From Octopus bimaculoides (taxonomy: Eukaryota), in the NCBI RefSeq assembly GCF_001194135.2, contig NC_068982.1, forward strand, positions 182,549,559 through 182,613,558: a stretch of DNA of 64,000 nt. Reading direction: 5' to 3'. The position numbers and the translations under genes are program-made. The notes under the pieces are model-generated. The model saw nothing but the letters and a program-made list of their open reading frames with translations. It ran no database searches and was not told where the DNA came from. Shown here in pieces: positions 53,201 through 64,000 of this stretch. Numbering within the stretch: position 1 is the first letter of the stretch; every line of letters starts with the position of its first letter.

Positions 53201-53505
53201 GGAGGCACATGAACTAGTGGTTAGAGCAGCAGACTCGCGGTCGTGGGATCGCGGGTTCAAATCTCAGATCGGACTATGTGTGTGTTTATGAGCGAAACAC
53301 CTAAGCTCCACGCGGCTCCAGCAGAAGGTAATGGCGAACTTCTGCTGACTCTTTCACCACAGCTTTCTCTCACTCTTTCTTCCTGCATCTAGCAGCACAC
53401 CTGCGACGGACCAGCGTCTCATCCAGGTGGGGAACCTATACGCCAATGAAACTGGCAAACCAGCCCTTGTGAGCCAGGGATGGCTCGAGAAGGAACAAAC
53501 ACACA
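53201..53505 (+). mobile_element. Full-length tRNA-derived SINE, family B with an alternative tail
   Basis: tRNA-like head ggaggcacatgaactagtggttagagcagcagactcgcggtcgtgggatcgcgggttcaaatctc; central block shared with 24478-24787; tail ends gagccagggatggctcgagaaggaacaaac. Confidence 0.85.
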
Positions 53506-54777
53506 CTGTTTACCACCTATTATAATAATTCTGAGTCAAATGCGTAAGTACAAATATATTTGAATAAGTTTACAAAAAGATTCTTTTATATTTTTCTGCC
53601 TATCTGTATTTCATCATACACTGTTCTAGCTATCTATCTACTCTTATCACTTTATCTTTTGCACTTTTCTTATTCCATCATCATCTTCATCGCTATTAAA
53701 ATTATTATATTTCGATCTACCAATGAGTATATAAAGAACTGTAATTTTTGTGTAATTCTCGAACGAAACAAATCACTTATTGTTAGAGTCACTATTAAAA
53801 AAAAATACGTGTTCACTCTGAGTTTAAATCTTTCGCTTACTTTAAGCTGAATGAATTTACCATGTTCCTCTTAAAAGGTAACTCCAGGATTTATACACAA
53901 ACGCGCGCACAAACACACATATTCACACACACACACACACACACGCACACATATGTGCGTGTGTAAGTATACATCTCATTTTGTCTTGTTTTTGGAACTA
54001 TTATATATCACCCATGTTTAAATAATCGATTTACATAAATATATTTTTAAACATCGAAGCATATTTTACACAGTAATTTTCATGACTCCGTTAAGAGAGA
54101 TAAAATGTCTAACAGCCAGGTTAATCGTCTGAAAGTGATGTGAGATTATAGATAGATTATTAAACTAATCAACACAAGCGTCAATAGTTTAGTGCAATCG
54201 ACATAAAAGAAGTGCTTTTAATCTTTTTCTCACATCTCTCTTCATAGGATTTAAATGTGACAACCTTTCGTAAAATACGACCAGGCATTGGAATATAATG
54301 TGTAAATTCTAACACATCTGGAAATATTGATTACATTACAGCCTACTTGAAAGTTAAGTACATTCCCATTACGTTGTACACAATAGTATTTAAATCTAAT
54401 ATCCACACTTTACAAAACGGTTGTTTATTCCTATCCAGCGGGGATATATATACTTGCATCTAACAAAATTCATGAGATTTCAGATTATTTACGAAGTTAT
54501 ATCACTTTATTGAACGTGTTAAAACATTTTATTTATCTTCTTGTAACACACACCCAAAAAGGGGGAATTTCTTTTATTACAACATCTGCATAGATTCCCG
54601 AAGTGTTTTTCACAACTTTTAAAAAAGTTTTCTGCAGTATTCACGAAGTTTATTTTTATATGTGTTTGCAATTGAATGTATATTTTGGTATTTTTTGTTT
54701 AAAGTTCATAAAAATTCAGTATTTCTTTAAGATATATATCACCAGAATTATAATAATGTAAATTCTGTCAGATGCTG

Positions 54778-54980
54778 GCGTAAAGCCAAGAGTTTTGGGT
54801 GGAGGGGGTCAAGTCGATTACATCGACTATAGTATATAACTGGTACTTTATTTTATAGACCTGCAAAGGACGAAATGCAAAATCGAACTCAGAGTTATTT
54901 GAACTTAGAACGTAAAGTCGGAAGAAATGGTGTTAAATATTTTGTTCTAACGTGCTAACGAATCAACCAGCTCGCTGCTT
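54778..54980 (-). mobile_element. SINE family C
   Basis: Reverse complement of the 36.6-kb family (gtcgattacatcgac..aactggtactttattttat..gaacttagaacgtaaag). Confidence 0.7.
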
Positions 54981-55389
54981 TTTCATTGGCAACGAACAGT
55001 TGGCGTGGTGGATAAAAAGTGAAGTGATTTTCTAGGAGCGATACGATATCAATAGACTTCAGGTCCTTTAAATAAATTAAGAGAAATAGACCTTCCGCTG
55101 CCTGAAATTGGATTCTGTTTATTATCTTTGTAAAATATCTGTTCACAAAGTTATCTTTGTTAAATTATTGTCGCCAAAACTAACCATATCAAACTAGATC
55201 GGTTTCTCCCTCCTCATTTCCCTAAGCAATGCATACATCATACGCTGTCAATACTAGAACTTTATTGATTTTTAATAAAAACTCTATAGAATTATGTATT
55301 TTCAGCGTTATAGAGCTTTTCGGTGGCACACTATTTATTTCTACAAGTCTAACCCGTTTAGTTAACCGAGCAAAAGCATTACGCTTCCT

Positions 55390-55616
55390 TTATTATGCTA
55401 GCTAGCAGAATCGTCAACACACTGGGCAAAATGCTTAGAAGCATTTGTCCATCTTTACATCCCAATTTCGAATTCCGCCGCAGTTGACTTTGCCTTTCTT
55501 CCTTTCGGGTTCGATAAAGTAATGTATTGGATGAGAATGGGGGGGAATCGATGTAATCGAATTACGCCTTGCCTAAAATTGCTGGCCTTGTGCCAAAATA
55601 TGAAACCATTATTATG
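55390..55616 (+). mobile_element. SINE family C
   Basis: gctagcagaatcgt..gttgactttgcctttcttcctttcgggttcgataaa..gatgtaatcga..gctggccttgtgccaaaatatgaaaccattatt. Confidence 0.75.
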
Positions 55617-57099
55617 CAGGTTGTTTATTGAGATATACATAATAAGAAAAATAAAACAAAATGTTTCGTTATAACAGAACTCGGCTCGAGTTCGTTTAAG
55701 ACCCTTGATGACAATTTGACGTAGCCTGATTTTAAGATAGTTTTGTTCAGACATGATTTGGAATTTCTTCAAATTCGTATCTTACTGGCTTATCCTTTGA
55801 TTCATTCTTTGACGTTTCAATAAAGTTTCGACCGCAAAGCTGTTTTATTTGAGTCTCAAAGCGGGAAGAAAATGTTTCCTTCAAATTGCCTGTCACGTTT
55901 AAGATAATTAAGTATAATTTTCTTTTCGTAATTTCTTTCGTGAAAAGTGTAAATTGTTTTTTTTTTTATGTATAATTCATTTTAATGACGATTAGATAAA
56001 GTAGAAATTAATAATATATAAAAGTTGTAATTGTTTAAATATAGTTTGTGTTGAAAGGGAATAAAACCCAATTGAACTCAAATTTGCGACGTGCTGACAA
56101 AAAATAATGGAAACCAATTAAGTGTACACACAGCTGGTAATTCAGATCACTGCTAACACATCACGAAAGATATTATAAAGAATATTGAATATACATTTTA
56201 TACATTTTTGTGATTTTAATAATAATTTTGGAAAATAAAGCTAGAAAGAGTAAAATTATTTTTTCCTTCTGTTCATTAACAGAACATGAAACATTTAGTA
56301 GTTAATACCTTCATCATTAGCAATTCTGCAAAACTGTTGCCATTTAAAATGTCTCTAATAAGTCAACAGGTGTCTCGTGCCTAATTATCTACCAAAAACG
56401 TCTTCTTTATAACAAGAACATAACAAACATTATCGTGTAAAAATAGTACGACATGAATAATTGATGTTGTTGAAGTTTTCTTTTTTTCCTATTAGATACA
56501 AGTCCGAACTGTTAACTCTAATAGTTGTAAACTTTATACTTATTTGATTTTATGTCTAAGTTACGTATTTTGGTTAATATTTCCAACAAGGCACTTCCAT
56601 AACTTATTGTCTAAATCAGTTATGACAATCAGTATTATTTTAACTGTCACTCTCAGAAAATGTTAGCCGTCTAAAGGACCGCAACATGTGTAAATAGCAA
56701 ATATATTTAGCATGGCTACTGATCCTCTCAAGTAGTGGGGAGGTCATCACTTTTGCTTCAAATAAATTCAAATTCAGAAACAGATCTCAACAAAATAAAA
56801 TCAACATACTTTATGATAATTAGCAAATATACAAAAACTAAGGGATCTAACTGAACTACCCTGATAACAGGAATTTTAATAAATAAGTTAAAGTTTAATG
56901 TACCGAATGGCATATATAAACAAAAATTAATTTAAAATTTCTATGCGACGGACTAGTAAACAAATACACGTGCATATATTCTTCATATTCTCTAAACTGA
57001 CGGCCTAGAAATATTTGTTATGGCAAGCAAAATGGTGTAATCACCACTGTCACGACCTTCACTGACTGTTCTAAAGTGGTATTTTGAATCGACACATTC

Positions 57100-57700
57100 A
57101 CGCTATTGGGAGCCTACTCCTTAATTGAGACACCGTGCCAAAGTATCAAGATTAAGAAAACACGTATAAGTACTAAGCAGCGGAGGAAGGTAACGGCATA
57201 TAATGCTCAACTACGAACGTTGATAAACCAAAATACTACTACACAAAAGAGAGAGTGGTATTACAAAAAGCGAACTGAATGTGGCTAACAGATCCAAAGC
57301 GAGTACATCCGAGAAATATGAGTAGGAAAGTACAACGTCAGTATCAGGAAAAGGGAAATGGAGGATATCAAGGAACTGAACAGCACGTCACTATAAAAAC
57401 TGATGTTACACCTCTCTAAAGCAAATGTCAGGAGGCTGTACCTATCAAAATATTTAGGAAGACGGTAACTGGTTCAGCTGAAACTGATTTTCAGCATCAC
57501 CACTAATGGACTGGATTCATATTTGAAAAGAAATAATGTTGTACACATCTCCTTAACTGCAAAATACTCCACGAAGAAACGGGCAGGATATTTCAAGAAA
57601 CAGTTTGATATCCCATACCAAGAGAAAATGAGGCTAATAATATTTACGCCAAACAACTGGAGTAGAAAATTTGGGGAAGTAATTCATCAGAATTACGAAA
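57100..57700 (+). pseudogene. R4/Dong-clade LINE fragment (late RT and post-RT region)
   Basis: TYKY*..EEGNGI, MEDIKELN, SKANVRRLYLSKYLGRR*LVQLKLIFSITTNGLDSYL in the expected order. Confidence 0.7.
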
Positions 57701-58519
57701 AGACAAAAACAAAATATACAGAATACAAACGCTGAACTACTGATAGCAGATCGATGCTTAAGATTGCCAAAACAAAAGGAGAGAAGAACTTAATATTTAA
57801 AGCAGAATCCCGCGAAGAGATACTACCATCATCATGTAATCAATAGTAGAAGAGATCCACGAAGCACTATCTGTGGAAAGTAAAAAGAAACGATTGAAAC
57901 CATTATCTCTGGATACCTGTACCTGATGAAGACGGACATCTCTAGGCATTAAAAAGCCTTGGTGTGCCTTTGCTGAAACGTATGCCGAAATTACAAAATC
58001 ACGATGACGGAGTAGTGTAACGAGCAGCACCTGATTACCGCCACTGATAGTAACGAAGGTACTGGCCTGTGAGAGACATCCATCAAGACTAATAAAAAGA
58101 TAAAGGCTAACAGTGTATTCATGACTTGAAGAATGGAAAGTAAATACTTATCGACTGAAACACCTTCGTAAAATTTCAAAAGAAACGCCTTCGTGAAATT
58201 GACACGGAAGCCCACTAATTTCAAAGGTAGAAGTCAGTTGTATAGGGATTGTGTAGACAGAAATTATACCAGTAGTCATCGGAGCTCTATGACTCAAGAA
58301 AATGAAGGACAAACACCAACAAACTTAGGACGTACAGCATTTATATCTAGTCAATATAGAATATCGTGCAATTCGGAACAGCCACACACAGCGGATACCG
58401 CTTTCAATCAAGTGTCATCATTCCTATATAGCTTCACACCCAATGCTTAAGCCCGTTCCAACAGGATATAATTTAAGAAATAAAATATGAATAAAACAGC
58501 AACAATAATAATCGTCATC

Positions 58520-58717
58520 ATTCTAATTTTGGGACAATAACAGCAATTTTCCAGGAAATGGAAGTGCCATTTAAAGGGTACATTGATTTTGCGACTATGA
58601 AAGGATAAAAGGCAAAGTTGGTCACGTTGGAATTGAACTCAGAACATACAAATCCGGAAATAAATGCTGCTAAGCAATTTTCTCAACGAGCTAACGATTT
58701 TGCCAGCTACCTGCCTT
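58520..58717 (-). mobile_element. SINE family C, decayed
   Basis: gaaaggataaaaggcaaagt..gaactcagaac..gctaagca..gctaacgattttgccagct. Confidence 0.7.
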
Positions 58718-59022
58718 CACTAACTGATTTCAAAATCACATACAGTCTCGTGTAACTTCAAGTATGTATGTATTTCATTTTTGTATCTGGTTTGCAAGAT
58801 TCTTTATGAGAAATTGTGTGTTGAAACATATTTTTTTGTGTCTAGGGAGAGTCATTATACCAATAAAATTAACAGACATACAGGTCTAATTCCACTACAT
58901 TTCTTTGTTATTAGCCAGTTGGTTAAATATCCAACAAGTTAATTTGTATTGCTTTTGTTTGTCAAATCTCTCTGGTTGCTACAGCAGCCTTTTCAATGAC
59001 AATTGACTTATTCAATATATAC

Positions 59023-59057
<35 letters not shown>

Positions 59058-59809
59058 TGTATGTATGTCCACCTACAGCATAAACCCAACCTTATAATAT
59101 AAAATAAAATAGCATTCTCACAGCTTGATACTTTTACTCTAAAGAAGTACTCTAAAACTTATCTAAAATTCTCCTCTCCAATAAAATCCCCACATAAGAT
59201 TGTCTGATATACCTACACAAGCCTACATATACACATAAGAAATTTATACTTGTATGCAAGCTAACGGAAAGAACCCGTTCCTTTGCCCATTTTCTGTTTT
59301 AATTAATTTCCTTAAAAATAAATTATACATTTTTGTTTCCGTTTTTATACATGAATATATACACACCTATTTCAGCTTCATATCAGCATATATCTAGAAC
59401 AGAATTCGGAGAAATGTTATAAACAAGCACCAAACAAATTCTACCTCCACAAAACAGGATGTTGTAAATTTGTGTGTACTCCTCTCAAATTGCTTATAGA
59501 ATAATGAATGCTTTGAAAGAAACATAAACACTCAACCTTTGCTCAAAAAATTCTATGAACATCAAAGTATAGGAGAAACGATTTTTTGTACAAACAAAGC
59601 CATGGCATGCTTGACTAATAACCCCGACCTTATAAATTGAATCAGTAAATACCCTAAATAACAACAACAGGTAAAGTAAATAATAATCGAATAATACAAA
59701 AGGGAAGAAAATACTGCGAATACCGTGTGTCTACCTAACAAAAAAGAAGCACCTAAAGCCTTGTTTACAAGGCTCTACATACGTGAATAAGGATCGGTCG
59801 ACAGACAGA

Positions 59810-59847
59810 CATATAGACAGACAGACAGACAGACAGACAGGTAGATT

Positions 59848-59889
<42 letters not shown>

Positions 59890-59930
59890 GAGAGAGACAG
59901 AGTGATTGAGTGAGTGAGTGAGTGAGTGAG
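59810..59930. repeat. Compound (GACA)n-(GATA)n-(GA)n-(GAGT)n microsatellite
   Basis: Directly visible. Confidence 0.95.
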
Positions 59931-61544
59931 TGTTGGTAATAACATTTCGTTTTGCTGACAAATGCACAGTCAGATTGTTTAACACGTGTGCTATAATTAC
60001 GTACCACGGGTGCTACAAGTTATCTTATGTTTTACTGAGTGTTTTAATGGCTGTCAGATAGGATTTTAACTCAGAAATTTAATTAATAGTTAACAATATC
60101 ATATATTCATTGACTGCACTACCATTATAAGCATATTAAATATCTAATGAAATAGATGATTAGCTACCAGAGAAGACACTTTCATACAGGAATATTACAT
60201 TGTAAAATGTCTTGTAAATATGTAGATAGTCTTGTATTAAATCAGAATCTAACTATAGAATGGTAGCAATACATGAAGGAGAGGAGACTGATTTAGTGAT
60301 TCTATCATAAGTATAAACCAGATATTATGTTGAGTAACACTGTTTCTACACTGTTTCCTTCCATTCGTACATTTTATTGCATAGTAACAATCACAGCAGC
60401 TGCCACATCAACGGAACAAAAGCAGGAAAACAAAGATTGTTAGTAGCAACAATGTTGAGGACAAAAGCTGTTTAGTTAGCTAATATAACTACGACTACGT
60501 CATTATTCATTGAAACCAAACAATATATAAAATGTAAAAATACAGAGATTATTATTCAACGAATTGCTTTAAAGTATTCAGCTGGAAAACAATAAAACAA
60601 TACCTTGTGTTTACATAGAGCCGTTATCAGTTAGTTATAAGTTCGTTAATTTGGTGAGATAGTTAAAAATATTTCGGTGCAAAAATATGAAAATCTTTCT
60701 AAAGAGTGTATTTTATTCTATTTCCTTAACTTTGTGATATTTCTTTCAATTATTGGATTTTTGTGTGTGTTTTTTTGACTTCATTCTACACTATTTCAAG
60801 AAGTCCTCAGTGCAATAATTTTCAGCGTATTTTTAAATAGAGTTTCCTGGCTCAGCCAAAAATGTATCAGGAAAATATTGTTTACTTTGTGGTGCGTAAA
60901 ACATACTGAATGTTATTAGCTTCGGAATCAAAGATGTTAATAACATGTCATTTCATAAAATGTTATATAAAAGAGATGCAGTTCAACATCTGTCAAGTTT
61001 TAAGTCAAAAGTGAAGTATTTACTGGTTTTAGGTCGAATGTAATATTTAAGAACCTGTAGTGGGGAACATACATTTCACTTATAGAATAAGTGAATAACA
61101 ACAGCAACAACAAATAAACGTTTATCCACTCACTTTTCACATAATCCACATCATACGAATGCAAAAATGCATATACACATAGACATACAAGCTCTTTCAC
61201 ATATACTTAAATAATCCACCAATAGATACACAGACGTGCGTGCCAGTGAACACACATGTACTCCCTCTGTCTTTTCTCTCTCTCTATCTTTTCTCCTCCT
61301 CCTCCTCGCTCCCCCCTCTCTCATACAAACGCACACACCGACACACACGATGATAGTGGCATATTATGTCCAGGAAATAGCGAGAGTATTTCCTTGTTTG
61401 AGGTTATGAAGGGCGACGAAAGGAGTATGACGAGCCCTAGCTGACTGATTGCGTTACGAATAATTAATCAAGCAATCGATTAGTTAATTGGGTAAACGAT
61501 TTGCTAGCTGACTAACGAAAGAGTGTATCTTTCTCATTGGCATA

Positions 61545-62730
61545 TTGACCCTTCCAAGATAAAAATTTGACAGTTTGCATAAAGGAAAGTAAAAATACAA
61601 TGTCTCATTCAAAAATAAAAGTATTTTGAAATATCAGCTCTCAGTTTCCACCATGATCTCGAGATGGCTCCGAAACCTAGCGCGTGCGTTCCTCACCGTG
61701 TACCTGGGAAGATCTTTGAGTCCTTCATTGATCATGACCACCAGCTCGGCTTTGGTGATGAAGGTAGATCATTGGTGTCCTTCGCAACCGCACACTAAAC
61801 ATAGAAACCTATGGTGTTACAATCGAGGGAACGAGGAAGCCAAAAAGTTGGATTGATGAAGTTGTAGAAATTTTCCGACAATCACTCCTTTCTGGAAATA
61901 TGGTAAGGAGTTGTATCCTGCTGCTACACATATGGTCTTTCAGCTGAAATACTCTCTAACCAATGGTTAACTATAGTCTCCAGCAGCTTCAAACAACCGT
62001 CTAAATCCGTGTTCAATTATGTGTCGGCAGTATGACGTTACCTTCACTGCAGACACACAAAGACCATTACAGTTTGGAGGAACTTTATTTCTACGCTACG
62101 CGGGACATCACGTGGATTATAAGCAAGCCATCTGTTTTTTAGGCTGCTGTGCAAATGGTCATGGCAGAAGTTTTTCTGTTTTCATTTCAGTAGAACCAGA
62201 TGATTCCCCGCTCAATAGGATGCCTCATTGCTTTCGTCAAGCGGGACATCTTGGCCGTTAATGTCAAATGTTATCCTTTGCGCCTCGTGTACGAGTGGTA
62301 GCGAAGTTCCTCATTTCGAGGCAGCTTCAAAGAGGTTATTCCAAGACAGACCCACATATCTCGCCGAATTCCCTTTACTCGAATCTTACACCACTTTGTC
62401 CTCCAGTTGTTTGCTGAATTCCGGCTTATCGTGCCTCTTCATGCTGCTCACGATTCCGTTGCTGCTGTCTTTGTCATGTCTTACAACCTTTACAGTATTC
62501 ACAAAGCATTAAACAACCGCCATAAGAACGGCATTTTGTTATCCCGTGTGAATCATCATGGTACATCTAAATCTAAACCAATATTCAGATGACGCCTAGT
62601 AGTATATGTTAACAAACTTCTTCTCATCTACAGATTTAATCTTTATGCTCTCCAACACTGTTGACTGTTTACTAATACACCACGCTATTTCTAAAGAAAG
62701 AAGTGGAGATATAAAAATCGTCAAAATATT
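61545..62730 (-). mobile_element. Second decayed DD37D (maT-like) Tc1/mariner transposon, near full length
   Basis: Minus strand NRWLAYNPRDVPRSVEIKFLQTVMVFVC, LKLLETIVNHWLE..RPYV*QQDTTPYH..LSENFYNFINPTFWLPRSLDCN; the terminal motif ataaaaatcgtcaaa (62710-62724) is shared with 28272-28286 and mirrored by aaatttgacag at ~61563. Confidence 0.85.
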
Positions 62731-63963
62731 TTTCTTAAACATTTACTTTTAGTTTACATCATTATTAACAGTGACTTCTCTGGTAATTCTTTGTAAACAC
62801 TCTGTCAGATGATTAATTTATTTTACCGTTTATTAATGAAGAGAGGAGCAATACCCATGACACTTTATTTATTAGAACATATGAGGCTAGAATCTAGAAA
62901 TTAGTATGGAATTCTCAAACCGTAGACATTGCTCATAATTACCCAACGGATATGCGCCAAAATGATCCAACCACAAAATATATGCCATATATTTATTAAT
63001 CTACCACACAAAGGAGAGTAATAATCTTTAAGGTCTAGGATAAAAACATGTGTTAAAGAGAAGCCAAAACATTACAAATAACTGGATAATTCTGAATTAA
63101 CTAGGAATATACGTTCCACTAAACAGAAAAATCAGTTAAATATTCATAACTTCGCATACCAGGGTCCTACAAAAGGAAGGATGCGGTGTATGATGATATA
63201 ATTGAATATGTATTATACTGGAAAATAAGAGAGGATGGTATATTTGAATGAGTAATCACAGGACCGCTCATTGATTGTTGACCTTCAGCGACAGAGCGAC
63301 ACTAATTAGAACAACAGAGGTAAAGAACACGGGCCAAACAATAGACCTCATCGTGAGAAATCGACATATTAGAAATGGTAGCACAAGCCTCCTTCAAATC
63401 ATGCGCAGAGTAAAAAGAGGTTATACTCCTATAAACACGAATTAAATAAAGCGAGCGGCTCTCGCCAGGAATGCTTCTCATTAGATTCCATCACAGTCAA
63501 TTTAGAGAAACATATACACAGAAATGTAAATTAAAACTATTAACATATACCATTTGTTTCTTAAAGTACTTATAACCTCGAAATGACGAGAGTTCATATT
63601 TACATATTCCATGAGGTAGTCAATTACTATAGTGTTAAAATATATAGTGTGATGAATTCTAATGAATATAGCTTTCCGATAAATTGAAAATTACACCCAC
63701 TAGACCTCGCGCTCTCTTTTAATTATACTTTCAGAAAAATATACAATGCTGCAGGAAATAATTTCATATTTGTTGATATTTACTAATTGGTTGTTAGGAC
63801 GAAGATTAAATGTAACATAAATTAGAAAGTTTACAGATTGTGAGAGAGCAGAACTACAAACTTTATGACAAAACTATTGAATCCCAACATCTATGAGTTT
63901 AATCAGGAAATCATAGTCAAATTATATGACAGAAACCACGAGGAAACAATTCCTGAACTCTCG

Positions 63964-64000
<37 letters not shown>

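Overview
AT-rich, microsatellite-dense eukaryotic genomic DNA with 10 N-gaps. The SINE, LINE and MITE complement suggests an octopod (Octopus-like) genome; this is inferred from repeat style, not searched. Nearly all long ORFs in the supplied track are microsatellite or N-gap artefacts. The only host-gene signal I can support is two small + strand exons (34553-34610 and 43243-43315). They splice in frame to MASSLLSSQQKSKTGRGFEDALKCVHFGYKRDSIYQTMCYFIAL, which resembles the N-terminus of P5B-type ATPases (ATP13A2-5 group). The rest is decayed transposable elements: RTE and R4/Dong-clade LINE fragments, DD37D (maT-like) and mariner transposase relics, at least three tRNA-derived SINE families, a MITE with an 8-bp TSD and a telomere-like central palindrome, and a ~1.65-kb foldback. 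The most interesting signal is a set of hammerhead-ribozyme (HHR)-like folds at ~3.1, 9.2 and 52.4/52.6 kb, plus a weak one at 57.9 kb. Related small elements share an unusual direct-repeat plus inverted-repeat layout (9.2, 11.1, 35.1 and 52.2 kb), and three of them carry tRNA-like Pol III heads. I interpret these as non-autonomous Penelope-like or retrozyme-like retroelements, some fused to SINE-type promoters. All alignments and folds were done by eye and need computational confirmation.
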